From Octopus vulgaris (lineage: Eukaryota), in assembly GCA_951406725.2 (NCBI GenBank), contig OX597820.1, forward strand, positions 77,996,001-78,060,000: 64,000 bases of DNA, read 5' to 3'. Made by a program: the position numbers and the translations under genes. Below, in pieces: positions 38,861 to 54,240 of the stretch (position 1 is its first letter; every line of letters begins with the position of its first letter). A model generated the notes under the pieces. It was not told the origin of the DNA, made no database searches, and worked only from the letters and a program-made list of their open reading frames with translations.

Positions 38861-39076
38861 TTAAAATAGCCACCGATGTTATCCAAGGGAAAGGTAAGGG
38901 TCGATACAGCTTGGAACCTGTGACGTCGCAACTCATTTCTACAGCTGAGTGAACTGGAGCGACGTTAAATAAAGTGTCTTGCTCAAAAACACAACACACA
39001 GCCTGGTCCGGGATTCGAGCTCACAATCTCACGTTCGTAAGCTCGACGCTCTAACCACTGAGCCATGCGCCTTCAC
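38860..39076 (-). mobile_element. tRNA-derived CORE-like SINE, family C
   Basis: Minus strand GTGAAGGCGCATGGCTCAGTGGTTAGAGCG (A box)...GCTCGAATCCCGG (B box)...TTGAGCAAGACACTTTA. Confidence 0.88.
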
Positions 39077-39080
39077 TGAT

Positions 39081-39197
<117 letters not shown>

Positions 39198-39198
39198 G

Positions 39199-39250
<52 letters not shown>

Positions 39251-40479
39251 TGAATGTATGTATGTATGTATGTATGTATGTATGTATGTATGTATGTATG
39301 TATGTGTAGTTGTATCAAAATATCAATGCTTCAAATATATTTCCTAATATTCAGAAGATACCCATTTTCGTAAAAGAACAAAAATGCTAAACCTCCATAC
39401 CGACACAAGTAAATATTTTTATTTGCAACAATCAATTCATACAATAATCTAGATAGCATCTACTTTAATCCAAATACGCGCTAATGTTATTATAATACCA
39501 ATATTTCTTTTCAGTTTATTATTATGTTAATAAGTGTTGTTGGCAGAGCATCTATTCAGTTGGTGTCGTGTTTTATACAATTTAATCTTCTCCGATTATG
39601 TCGACGCCATATTAGCCATTAAACTAAGTATTTCACACAATAGATAACAATAGGAAGTAATATTTTTATATGTATTGGAACACATTCTTCAGAATAAAAT
39701 GTAGTACAATTCTTTATTGATTTATTGTGGTTTGCACGAAACCTATATTCTTTAACAAGGTCAAACCTACTTGATGTTTGTCACATTGAAGTGCAGCAAT
39801 GGATTGGCTTTGAACACATTTATAAAAAAAAAATTATGATTTGGTTTTTCTCAAATGATACAGGTATCGCTGTTCCTTCAAGTGGTTCATTTCACAACCA
39901 CACGGATTCAGATTTAATGCCAAAGTAGCTTTTGCAATTATCTTCTTCTGTAGCGTTACGTTTACAATTCGGGTAAATAAACAGCGGTGGCCAAAATTCA
40001 CTCGACAGTAAATCAGTATTCCATAAATACAATCTGTAATTCTATATTGACTCGAATGGGAAAATGTGTCGCTCAAGAAGGACTTCAATTTGAACAATTT
40101 TTCATATTTAGATGCTTTTATTAAATTCATTCAGTTGTTAAACATAAATAAACCTTGGAATTAAATGGATTTGATTTACTGCCAGGTGACTTTCCGCAAG
40201 TCCTGTATACATGTATGAAGGCACATTATGCCTCTTCAAGACAGCAGTCGAAGGACTGAAACCAGAGAAGCAATACAAATTATATTTACCCACACAATAT
40301 AATTCCTGGCCACGATTATAGAGTAATAGATGGATATTCTACATAAAGTGTACCATAACTTCAGTCCTCTGGTTCAAAATTTCCCTCAGACTCCTCTATA
40401 GTTCGACAGGAAAAAAACTAATTTATGTAAAGTCATTTCTATATCTTAGTAGTAAAGTGAACTCGAGCGCTTCCCTTGT

Positions 40480-40635
40480 AAATGAAATCATCAACGGTCT
40501 TGCGAAAGCAACCAGCGCAGTCGGCAAATTCCGTCATCGCCTCTAGAATGAAAGAGGCATTACACTTGATACCAAAGTACAGGTCTGGAAAGCTGCCATT
40601 CTTGTTCTTTCTTGTATGAAACAGAATCTTGGATA
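40480..40635 (+). pseudogene. RTE LINE reverse-transcriptase thumb fragment
   Basis: NEIINGLAKATSAVGKFRHRL*NERGITLDTKVQVWKAAIL...LYETESW. Confidence 0.75.
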
Positions 40636-40716
40636 AAATGACTGTTCCATAATTCAGCTTTCCGTTTTGTAGAGAGAAAAACAGCCAGACGGGGGAAAGT
40701 TCTTCATATATATATA

Positions 40717-41146
40717 TAATAAATATTAGGGAATAAATCCAAACTTACAGGGAAAATCAGATTTAGGATTGAATCCAATTTTATAGTAAAATATTATATT
40801 ATATTAAATTAGAGACAAAACCACTATTAGGCAAATCATACAATGAAAAACTTAAGCCAATACATAAGATTATTTAATTTATATTATTTAAATATGTAAC
40901 AAAATTATTAAAAAAATATAATTAATATATCACTACGATCGTAGTGATATTTAAACCACCTGATGAATGACTGTGACTTGAAAATTTAAAGAAATTAACA
41001 GCCATGAAACGATCGTAGTGATATATTAATTATATTTTTTTAATAATTTTGTTACATATTTAAATAATATAAATTAAATAATCTTATGTATTGGCTTAAG
41101 TCTTTAATTGTATGATTTGCCTAATAGTGGTTTTGTCTCTAATTTG

Positions 41147-41155
<9 letters not shown>
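40717..41155. mobile_element. PLE-like fold-back element between (TA)n tracts
   Basis: ~150 bp inverted arms (~40793-40941 and ~41009-41155) enclosing a hammerhead. Confidence 0.75.
40957..41020 (+). ncRNA. Minimal hammerhead ribozyme
   Basis: CAC-CTGATGA-ATGACTGT...ACAGCCAT-GAA-ACGATCGT-A-GTG; GUA site after 41017. Confidence 0.8.
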
Positions 41156-41199
<44 letters not shown>

Positions 41200-42040
41200 G
41201 GTCCAAAAAGAAAATAGCCGAAGGCATGCAAAACCATACTGTACAATTTCCAGGAGATGCCGTCTCTGCTCCGAGGAAGCCCTGTCTATTCAGTGGACTA
41301 GCGAAAAGATCCTTAATAGAATTTCTGAAAGACTATCGAGAAGCCTACACGCATATAAATGTACTTTTGCACAATGCAGTGAGAATGAATTTTGAATAAC
41401 CGTTAACTTAGTGTAATTTTATTTTATTTAACTTTTAGGTATGGATTACTTAAATTTACTATAAACCTCCTCGTTCTTCTAAACACCTACTAAATACCTA
41501 ACCTGCTTTGTAATTATGAGTGCGCCTAACCTCGCGTGTGCATATGCTCACATTTTGCTAAAGCTTGTATGAGGTATGTACTCGTGCCATGCAGCTTGCC
41601 CAAGGGCGTTTATACATACACATCTGTTAACGATTATTTTCGATACTTTTCTACCTGGATTACGTGTTCGTTTCTCTTTTTCTCTTCTGTAATTTTATTT
41701 TGGGATTTTCTATATATATGAATGATTTTTCCTCCGTCTGGTTGTTTTTCTCTCTACAAAACGAAAAGTTGCATTATGGAACAGACGTTTTAACGATTTT
41801 TAAAAATTTATTTATCCCCAAACGAGATACGTCTGCACCACCGGATACTCCTGAACCAGTTTTTGTGTGTTCCACAAGAGGAGTCGGTTCTAGATGTGTC
41901 GAAACAATTGTTGTGATTAATATTATATTCTCGTATATTCCATCTGCTGTCTTTCATTTGTTATTTACCTAAGAATCACTTTGAAAGTGACCGCGCTTTA
42001 CCAGTAAACTACCAGGTGTAAACCATTCCTTTTATTATCC

Positions 42041-42109
<69 letters not shown>

Positions 42110-42129
42110 TTATTTATTTACATATATAA

Positions 42130-42453
42130 TTGTGGGTATCCAATATACCACCATGCTAGAGATGACAGCCAAAGTCTGACTTCCAAATCTCATCAAGTAT
42201 TCATACAGCACAGGGTGAAGAAACAAATAGACACATAAACTAGCAAAGTACTGAATTATTTTAATAATAATAATTACCTATAAGGTTTTTCTTCCCATGC
42301 TGGCCACTTTTAGATAGTTATTTTGAATAACGGTCTTATCTTTATGTATATAAAAATTTATATATATTCACTTCGTCACTATATTCACTGCCGTGGTATT
42401 TTGACCATAAAGAACGTGGTGTTTAGGCTGAAATCAAACTGGTTGTGCATATA

Positions 42454-42544
<91 letters not shown>

Positions 42545-42905
42545 ATACGTCCGTATATATAAGTATTAGTATGTTGTATGTATACATATTTGTATATATA
42601 TCACGTTTATCTCACTGAAGAGGTAAAGCATATTTTTATAGAGATCCAGAAATGCAGGCTTTGGGATGATCCAGTATTCTGCTAGTTAATTTGTCTTTTG
42701 TCTCTTCACCTTGTGCTGTATGAAAACTTGATGTGGTTTTGGACTTATGCTTCCTCTGCCATCTCTATCGCGGTGGTAACCTGTATAACCTTAATTATAA
42801 TTTTAATAATAATTACCTACAAGGTTTTTCTTCCTATGCTGGCCACTTGATTTGATCGTTATTTTGAATAACGGCCATATCCCTATTTATATAAAAATTT
42901 ATATA
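42130..42905. mobile_element. Two related PLE-like ends, the first with a 5' inversion
   Basis: 42258-42366 matches 42800-42905 directly, and 42130-42258 is an inverted copy of ~42665-42790. Both end in (TA)n. Confidence 0.55.
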
Positions 42906-42925
42906 TATATATATATGTATACATA

Positions 42926-43161
42926 CAGGGTGTCCCAAAAGTATGATTACAGTTATCACGTAGGCACTTTAAATTACTTTGAAACGTTTTATTACATTTA
43001 AAGCTCTATATTACATACTGAAAAGGGCGCATGAGAAAATTAACTAAATTAGCATAGAATAATGGTTTTATATTTTTTTTATAATTAAGATCTAAACTGT
43101 TAATGTATGAATGCGAAAGAGATAGTTGAATAACTGTAAACCTACTTTTTGGGCCACCCGG
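42926..43161. mobile_element. Tc1/mariner MITE
   Basis: TA|CAGGGTGTCCCAAAAGTA...TACAGTTA and TAACTGTA...TACTTTTTGGGCCACCCGG|TA inverted termini. Confidence 0.8.
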
Positions 43162-45693
43162 TATATACATTTACATTTTCACACAAACACATATATGTGA
43201 GCGCATGTGCATCTATAAGCGAATGTATGCATTTATATATATAGTTCCATACTTACATATACTTATACACACATTCATATATAATGCATACATATATACA
43301 TGCATACATACATGCATACATACATGCATACATACATGCATACATTCATACATACATACATTCATACATTAACACATATTGTTACATATATACTTGCATA
43401 CATACATACATGCATACATATATCTGCATACATTCATACATACATGCATAAAGAAGTGTACAACATCCCATTCTATGTACACACATAAACAACTTCATAT
43501 TCGAGAACGTGGCAGTACATAGTCCGATCTCCATTTGATGTGCTTCTTATATCTATTTGAAGTGAATGCTATTTGAAGAATAATCACTTTTTGAACTCTT
43601 GGAATATCTGATGAATAAATCCATACAAATTTCTGGTTCAAACAGTTATAAATCTATCTGTGGAATATTTAATATGAGAGAAATTACTTTAGTTTAATTC
43701 GCTGAAATCAAAAGTTTGAATTATGTTGATACATTCTATAAGTATAAGGAGACCAGATTGACATGAAAGTCGTACATGTGTATGAAACGAGAATGTCTTC
43801 GTTGACACGCTTGATAAGACAATGAAAAGCTAACCTTTAGCTTTTTACCTAAATGAATTCCAATATACTCTCTTAACATTTGACAGCTTTAAACTCGTCT
43901 TAACTTTTATATCTGGTTAACATCTAAGATATATTGGAGATAAGTGATTAGATACGTGCTTCAGAAATATAATATTCGGCTGCATCTTTTCTGTGAGATT
44001 TCATTATAGAACAAATGATATATTAATATACATTATATTTACGCGTTTAATAAGTATACCTATCTATACAGTCCGCTGCATCGGTCTCCTCAAATTATGT
44101 CTAGTTTATATTGTGTACCGACCATATGTAATAATCATGAATGGTTGGCTGTAAGAATCAGTGTTATGTTACAGAAACTTTTCAAAAGGAATAAATCAAT
44201 GAAATGTAGTCGATTATATGTTCTACGGCTGTATACACTTCTTCAATATTCGAAACGGAGTTGATGTTGGTGGTATTGATGGAGGTTGCAAGTTATATTA
44301 AATATAGAGAAACGGTTTCAGTGATGTTGGTGGTGGTGAGTACGGGGTTATGAAATACTTATAAACCATTGCAATGTTGTATATTCCCCGACGACTATCA
44401 AGTTTATATGTCTTGGCTAATCGGCTTCATACTTCTTGCACATTTCAGATATAAACTCTAAACGATGGAAAGAATATAAAATAAACTATGGCATCAATGT
44501 ATTTGCCAATTTAAAATAAATTTAAGCCAGATTTTGTTAATCTTTTATCGTGTTAAAATTTATTATTCATTAGTGTGGATTTCTGTTTCTCTTGATTTGT
44601 GTTTCTCTGGTTGATTATGATTATTTGGCGTAAATCTTGTACATTAACCATAGACGTAATTCATTTTACATGATATAATCCTTGTAAAATGGGATACTTC
44701 ATTAATATTTGAAAACCCTCTTTTTCTAGGCAGTTGGATGTCTTTGCTGTTCAGCAGTTAAATCTTGAGGTCCACGTTTAGCTAAAACGCCTGAACAGAG
44801 AGAGAGCCCTGCTTAACTGTATTCTAGATTTTTTCTGTAATATATTTCTCAATATATTTATAGACATTGAGAAAGAGGTGAATAGACAATGGCGTTAATC
44901 GAATCCTTTGAGGATGGTTCGTACAGTTATGTATGTAGAAGAGTGTTAGCTGAGATTTTAGAACCAACTTTGAAGAACTTAAATGGTTGAATATTCTACA
45001 CGCATGTGTAACCTCATCTTAATCCTCAGACTAACTGAGCACGATTAACGTAGAATGGATTTCAAATATTCTAGCCGTAAGACTGGTGCACCCACACCTC
45101 TAAATGTATTTGTTTCTTCTACCACACTCAACGATAGACTACAGAGCGACAACTTCCTGGGTCCAATAACCCTTGAAACGGATTAACTATTCGGAATTCA
45201 GTCGGCTTTTATGTTAACCATCAACTTGTGGCGCACCTGCGAACAAACAAAAAAAAAGCTAAATAGGCTAAGGAAACCATCCTCCCAATGATTATTTTTA
45301 CATTTCTCATGGAGTATATAGCCATACATTCCCCTAAAGCTTCGCTCAGATATATGTTGCATATTGCAGCACTTCAAGCATGAAATACAACACCCAACTA
45401 TGTAAGATGTAAGACTTCACCTAACACTCTTCATTCTACAATACCTTTATCTGGAACGTGATGGTACCTCCATGCATAGGGGAGCCTGTAACATCAATTT
45501 TATTCTAATATATAATATATATAATATGTATATGTATATATATATGTATGTAAGTATATATATGTGTGTGTGTCTCTATATATATACATATATATATATA
45601 TATACCCATATATACACAGAGATATACACAGGCACACACGCACGCGCACACACACACATACACACATACACACACATACACATACACACACAC

Positions 45694-46612
<919 letters not shown>

Positions 46613-48577
46613 TATATTTGTATGACGCTAAAGGCAGGAACGCATATATTATGTTCTAGACTTATTTTATGTTTTAGCCCCCTTCGTCTGGGCTATCCTT
46701 CATTCGTCTAAAGTCGACAGTGTTTTTCGATTCATACTCTGCGGTGATCAACTACTTTGGTACCGTTTAATTTTTCTTCATATGTCATCTAATTAGTCTT
46801 AGACAATGTTTAACTTTTGGTGTCTACTTATGCACACACTAAAAATATTTACATAATGTCTGTTTATTCTTAAGAAATTCCAGGAACATTTATTTGTCAC
46901 TTTCTCACCAGAGTCATCAACGATGCGGCGGTGAGCACGCCACTTTCTCTTCCGTGATATAAGGAGGAAAAAATTATTCTTTTAGTATTCAGTGACAAAT
47001 TTTGTTTTGATTGTCGTCATGAATATTTTTATTGCTTGGCTCAAAGCAACTCTGGTGTTTCAGCCCTGACCAGTTTATACTTTTAAAGTTATATTAGATG
47101 ATATGAATTCATTAATTATCATTTCTACTAAAGGCACAAGTCCTGAAATTTGTGGGGAGAGGACAAGTCGATCATATCGACGCCAGTTATAAACTTAACT
47201 CTGAATCGAAAATAGTCTTATAATCAAGTGGCTATGAATTTATCTTCTAATCTCTAGCGCTGTCTATGTCTATTCACCTTAGCATATTATACTATACTTA
47301 AAGAGAAGAAATATGTTAATCTTAGCATATGTAAATAACGTGATTTGATTTTGAAAGAAAACCAATGGAATCTACACAGCGTAGAATCATAACAACTGTG
47401 TTGATATGCTCCTGAGAGATTTATTATTGAAATATTATGACGAATGTTTGAGATAAAATAATAGCCAGATGCTTCACGACTGCGAATTAGAAGTCTATTG
47501 TTTTGACATTGAAATATAAGGAGATCATCATCATTCTAGTAGTTGATTCTTCCGTTAGTCAAAATATTGTCATTTTCGATTTATTTACTCTTGTCTATTA
47601 GACATATTTCCTTTACTGCAATGAGAAATATCTTCCCTTACCGCAAGTCGCTCAATAGCGTTACGTAGATAAGAAGTTGAAGTTTGCATATAAGCTTCTC
47701 ATATTTGATTCGTTATAGTTATATAAGGTAAAGCACGTGGATTATAGCTATTTTCTCAGAAATGAAGTAAAAAGAATTCATTGTTTATCAACTAAGATAA
47801 TATTTAGTCTACAAGCCAATGTTACTTGCATTATGTAATGTGTAGAACTGACTCTGAGGAGATATATGATTTCAGAACTTGCCAAAGAACCAACCTGTTG
47901 GAACTAAATACAATTCTTTTTATACACGAGTAACAATCTAATACCATTGTAGAAGCTGGTGTTCAAAAGGCTTCGATGTTTGAAGTGGAGAAATAAATTA
48001 TGACACAGAGACCGATATATTATCCTCTTTAACACTTTATCATAGACATACTACTTTGCTGCAATTTAAATTGTTTTCTGTCTAAAGTATAAACATTTCT
48101 TTTAACTTTCTAATACTTCAATCTGTTATGGAGAAATTTAATAGTCTGGTATAAATTTCAGTTAGATAATAAAGTTAGAAGAATATGAAATATTAGACAA
48201 TCTTCAGATCAATTTTACTTATACACTTGTATAGTTTCGCAATAATGATTCCGACAAAGAATTATAATAGCAATAGACAAATCAATGTCAGATTTTATTA
48301 CGCATCTGTCCGTATTTCGAGGAATATTCTTGGTAAACATACTTCATTCTTTAATTTCTGTTTTATTTCAGACTTTGTGAGGTTTAATGACTTACTAATA
48401 TGTCTTATATAAACCCTAAATCTAAGACTGTTAAGTGGAGAATAACGTATGGAATCAGATTGTTCCAGCATGGAACTGAAATCGGATGTCTTTCTCCTTT
48501 GAAACGCTCCGTCAAAAATCTATTATATTAACTGTGTAAGCTTGGTTTATACATATTTTTTTTAATCAATTAGAAAG

Positions 48578-48785
48578 TGATGGGCTGGCAGGGTCGTTAG
48601 CACGCCGAGAGAAATGCTTTATGGTAATTCTTCCGTCTTAAATTTTCAGTTCAAATTCCGCCGAGGTGAACTTTGCCTTTCGTCCTTTCGGAGTCGGTGA
48701 AGTAAGTACTAGTTGAGCGCTTGGGTCTAATTAATCGATCTACTCCTCCTCAAAATTACTAGTTTTGTACAAAAATTTTAATCAC
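48578..48785 (+). mobile_element. SINE family A
   Basis: Head and body match the other copies. Confidence 0.85.
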
Positions 48786-51617
48786 TTTAACTATTCCCCT
48801 AAGTATCGAGGCAACGTTTTAATACGAATTTTTTTAATGAGTTTAACGCCCATAGCTAAAGTAGACTCTCTCTACCCCGTAACTTTTCTCATGCAATCGT
48901 ATTCCCTTACACTTGGCTATTTCAAAGAAACGTCTAGATTTGCTCTAGTGTGAAGAGATTAGTCGGGGAGAATATTTAGACGTATTGCAGTTTGACCAAA
49001 AGACATCTTACCAATATGAGAATTTTAATACGGCAGGAATAAAATTTCTCTCACTTCATAACGACAGGGTTTACTTTGAATGCAAGCATACGTCGATCTA
49101 GATAACTAGAACTGAAAGTGAAGATGCCATAAATTCATAATGCCATAGAAATGCAGAAAAGACATCCGCAAATTTACGAAAACTTCATGAAAGGTTATAA
49201 ATAATTACATTCTGAAAAGCTTTGCACATAATATTGAATTCATGAGAGTCTTTTTGAAAGTGACATCCCCTATCCCAAAATTATATTTTGCTAGACATAA
49301 ATAGCACCGTTATTCAACATGTCAAGCTACATCTACAAATCGGGATATAAAATTTATCAAATATCTTATACACCACATCAATGAAGCTATTATTAATACT
49401 GTTTATGCCATCTAGATATGCCATTTCACTTCAACAGCATTCATATTTTAGTGAAACTTGTCCTTTCTTATGACATTCAGAAAAGCTCATAGATAATGCC
49501 ACAAACGTAGTCAGCGTTAAATTGTCATAGCCATGTTTCTCTTATAGTCATCAGTATAGTGCTTGATTATATGTTGAGGCAAACATATAACAATAAATGT
49601 TGTTCACCCATCGCTATTGCCGAATAAGACACATGTTGCATATCATTTTAGAATTACAAATATAAAATATAATGATCGCATTTTCTTAAGATACAAAAGC
49701 AAAATTATTAAGAAATATAGCTCCAAATGTTTCATATATAATAGGCACCCGAGGAATACTAAATTAGACGTGTAATTTCATTACCACAAATTACATTTGC
49801 ACATAAAATTAAGTAAAAGAGGAGTACATAAGAGTGTACATTAAGGTTAACATGTACAAGAACCTTCTGCCTACTCGACGCCTTTTCAACGTAGGATATG
49901 CCTAACAGTTTCCAAATAGGCTTTTGTAATGTTACCCGTCTGCCAAATTGCAGTGAGTAAGGTTTAGCCAACTAGTGGTGTGATAAGGAATAAACGACAT
50001 ATCAAAGGACATGGGCAGCCAAATCGAAACCTCCAAAACATTAGTGTGAATCAATATACTGAAAGAGAGAATCATTTCTAAATCCATCCACAGCGTTAAA
50101 TATGTTATAAATCTATATTCGGCAAAAATACAGAACAATTTAGCTTGTTAATTGAAAATCATATATTATTAAAATAGCTAAGAGCCGAGTGTGAAACCTT
50201 TCTTATTTGAATCTGGTAATTTTGGAAATTGGATTAGATTCTTGTATGGTTAGCCTGCACCATTTGCAAAAGAATTGAAAATACAATGTAGTGAGGAGGA
50301 ACTACGTTCTGGAAAGAGCAAGCATATGTTCCTAAGGACATCCAACCATGTTTAAAAAGGAAGAACACATGACATGTAGTTTTAGATACTCTTTAAACAA
50401 CAGGATAATCAACATATTTTCACCAAAAACTTGCTGCACTGGTTTGGACCTTGAGCTAGGCATTCACGCATCAAAACTCTTTTGATAATTACAGTTCAAA
50501 ATTTCTTCAGTTCACGTAACTGAAGAATGCTAAAGAATTTATTTACCAATGACTGCAAGACAACTTGTAGGTAGTATGCACTCAATTGGAATCAAAACTT
50601 ATTTAAGAAATATTACGAATCATCATCCCTAGGCTTTCATAACAATTTCGTGTTGCTCTTTCATGTGTACATAGGTTTATGAAGGTTTATAGATGTTTAG
50701 CAGCAAATACGGGAATTATCCCTCTGGATCTAAAGATATATATAGAGGCTGAAGTAATTATTTGTTTGAGCACTGATAAGAAAACCTCATCGTATATGCA
50801 TTATAAAGTAATTGTGCGAGCTCTGAATTATAATATTGAGAAATACAAGATGAGGACAAGAGGCGCCTTCTAGCATAAATCAATTTCTTTTACATTAGAT
50901 ATACAAAATAAGTGTGGAGTTTTAAATCATGGAGATATTGTAAGATATTGGTATTTTGCAAAACAGGTTAGGAATGCAGGTTGTAGTATTTAACAAGAAT
51001 CACGAGATATATACAAATTCAAACGAATTCACCGCGCTTACATAAACATACATATGGATATGTAAATGTACATACAAATTAATATATACGTCTGTGTGTG
51101 TATGTGTGTGTTTGTATGTGTGACTGTGAACGTGAGCGTTTGAGAATGTCTTTGTTGATGGACTAACAGCTAACAAAATGTAAAGCTATTCTTTATAAAC
51201 TCTGAAAATTGAAACGTTTATCGAAAAACTGTTGCATAGTATCAGCTGCTACTTGTTATAGTGTGATTTAATATACTACTAGTGATTTCAGTATCAAAGA
51301 AAATTGTTAATGCTTTGCCGTATACACAGACAGAGAGACAGACACACGCGGACCCATACACACACACGCATACACACATATGCACACACATAAATATGTA
51401 TATAAGACTTGCAATGCCCAGTGGTTAAGGGAAATGTGTGGATGTTTATATATATATATATATGTATATATATGCATATATATATATATATGTGTGTGTG
51501 TATTTGTGTGTGTGCTGCTTTTAAGTAAAGCATATTACTCTACCTCTGGTATTTGATTACTCTTTCTTCCACCTTGTTTCACATTTATGTGCTTTCTCCG
51601 GTATGTATTATATGTAT

Positions 51618-51677
<60 letters not shown>

Positions 51678-52177
51678 TAGAGAGAGAGATACATATATAT
51701 ATATATAAATATATATATGTGTGTGTGTGTATGTGTGTGTGTGTGCATGTGTGTGTGTGTGTGTGTGTGTATGCATACAAAGAAAGGGAGAGGGAGAAGA
51801 TGGTATAGATCTTACAAATTCATTTAGAAGCGCATCTTTAGTTCAGTACAAAGATTAGTACAGCAATTTGTGGTGTAGTATCCTGCCATTTTACAACGAA
51901 AAATGGCAGACTATCACCTGATAAAACGGTGTTGTTACGTAGCAATTATAATTTACATAATGTTATCTAATATACTATGTAAACGAATTCTTTTTGGTAG
52001 TAAATCATATTATTGAAATTCCTTTGCTGATATTTTAAACTATCCATTTTTGTCTATCCTATACACACGCATACAAAGACATACACACTCATACATGTGC
52101 ATATATATGTAACATACGGTATAAATATAAACGGCAAATTTTAGCCATTTCTCCGTAGACTGAAAAAATTATGAACA

Positions 52178-52220
52178 ACCTGAATCGATTTTCGAATCTT
52201 TTTGAGTTCTCATCAGAGGT
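52178..52220 (-). ncRNA. Minimal hammerhead ribozyme
   Basis: ACCT-CTGATGA-GAA.TC-loop-GATTC-GAA-AATCGATT-C-AGGT; UUC site. Confidence 0.8.
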
Positions 52221-52407
52221 GTCCACAACATTCTGGTACATATAAATAAAAAGCGAGATGAAGATGATTTTTTGTATACATATTTAACCCTGACTGTTTA
52301 TACCCATTACTTACGCTTTTTACTTCATACACAGTTCTGACAGTATTGTTTGAACACCCATATGCACACAACTTTCTTACACATACATTCACATACACAT
52401 ATATATG

Positions 52408-52458
<51 letters not shown>

Positions 52459-53005
52459 CAGGTCACTTTCGAGTGCTACTGGTAACATGTAACCCAGTAC
52501 AACCTGTTGCATGGTCGGGTCTTCGGCGACTAAACCGGCAACCCCACCAAGCTTGCTTGGTGAGGAGGCTGTTTATTGGACACCGTGCGGGATGAAAGAC
52601 AAAACCCATCAAAGGGCGGATGAACTCCTGAGAGTCAACGGCCATCCAATAAACGTCTTAAGGATGTATCATGCGCGGGTATATAGAAATAATCGGACTG
52701 AATACCCGATCGCGCAGTTAAACCATTGGGAGTGAAGGACTCCTAGCTTTTGTTAGGGCATCCTTCTAGAAGTTAACTCAGGTAACTGGGATAACTCCGA
52801 CATAAAACCTGCGGCTCAGTGGTTACCGATGATGTTGACTTGTTCTTCTTTTCGGATTATGACTGCTGTTGCTTAGTGAGTGGGATTGACTCAGTGCACA
52901 GCCTTTCCTCACTTTAAAAAAAAATCTTCTTGCACAGGCATTGCACGATAACAAGATTTATTAAGCTTCGTGCAATGGCCATACTCGATAACGAGGGGGC
53001 AGCCA

Positions 53006-53008
<3 letters not shown>
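52459..53008 (+). mobile_element. Non-autonomous bipartite RTE-derived retroelement (5' UTR plus 3' end)
   Basis: GC-richer block between microsatellites. The 3' end GGCCATACTCGATAACGAGGGGGCAGCCA resembles the RTE terminus at 63755-63783 (minus). RTE-UTR-like AACTCCGACATAAAACC. No ORF. Confidence 0.5.
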
Positions 53009-53058
<50 letters not shown>

Positions 53059-53137
53059 GAATTTACAAAAAAAAAAACGAAGACTGGTGTGTAAACAACA
53101 AACAGATGTATTAGCTTAACGCTCGGGAAGTGAGGAA

Positions 53138-53177
53138 TACTTTTACGTTTCGAGCCTACGCTCTTCGACAGTAAGTA
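53138..53177 (-). ncRNA. Hammerhead-like motif with variant core in a (TA)n-flanked PLE-like end (53054-53238)
   Basis: TACTTA-CTGTCGA-A-GAGC-GTAG-GCTC-GAA-ACGT-A-AAAGTA. Confidence 0.6.
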
Positions 53178-53236
53178 ACATAGAAAAAAAAACAGGGAGA
53201 GTAATTAGAAAAAAGCTTAGTGGTTAGCGATCTATC

Positions 53237-53309
<73 letters not shown>

Positions 53310-53618
53310 GGGTTTTGTATGATTGCGTATAGAGGGATATATATTATTCATAGGAATTCAAACTCTGTTTTTATGTTTCATTTATATTCTTTATAATATT
53401 AATGTAGAATATAGAATATAGAATATAAATAGTAAATATAGTAAAATATAATGAAATATTGATTGTTGTTTTAATGAATAGATGAAATACTGAATATCAA
53501 ATATTAAGGGACTAGTATACTTTCTTGCATTTAAGCAGTCTTCAACGTCCCAGGTTCTGCAACATGGGACCTTATAATACAAATATATTAATTATTATTA
53601 CTATTATACCTCTGTTTT

Positions 53619-54240
53619 AGACGGTGAGCAGGCAAAATCATTAGCATGTCGGGCGAAATGCTTAGTACTATTTTGTCTGCCGCTACGGTCTGATTTCAAA
53701 TTCCGTCGAAGTGGACTTTGCCCTTCATCCTTTCGTGTTCGATCAAATAAGTACCAATGAAATACTGGGGATTGATGTAACCGACTAGACCCCTCCCTAC
53801 AAATTTTAGGCCTTGTGCCTTTAGTGGAAAGCATTATTATTTAGGCTGCGAACTGGCAGAATCGTTAGCATGCCAATTGCTTAACGGTATTTCATCTGCC
53901 TCTACTTTCTGAGTTGAATTTCCACTGAGGTCGATATTGCCTTTCATCATTTCGGTGTCGATTAAATAAGTACCAGTTACGCACTGGGGTCGATGTAATC
54001 GACTTAATCCGTTTGTCTGTCCTTGTTTGTCCCCTCTGTATTTGGCCTCTTGTGGGTAGTAAAGAAATAGGTATTCCATCTGCCGCTGTGTTCTGAGTTC
54101 AAATTCTGCCGATGTAGACTTTGCCTTTCATTCTTACGGATTCGATAAATTAAATACCAGTTGAACACTGGGGTCAATGTAATCGACATAACCTCTCCCC
54201 CAAAATTGCAGCCTTTGTGGCAAAATTTGAAATCAAAATT
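53619..54240 (+). mobile_element. Two adjacent SINE family A copies, the second with a duplicated body module
   Basis: Heads at ~53619 and ~53843; module restarts at ~54071. Confidence 0.88.

Noticed and set aside
39000-39076. tRNA gene
   Set aside because: A and B boxes are present but continue into a SINE body; no complete cloverleaf.
42611-42660. CTGAAGAGG...GAAATGCA hammerhead-like
   Set aside because: Too degenerate; no cleavage triplet or stem I.
46911-46929. Possible 19-nt exon (ccAG|agtcatcaacgatgcggcg|GTGAGC)
   Set aside because: Not frame-preserving and within chance expectation without transcript data.
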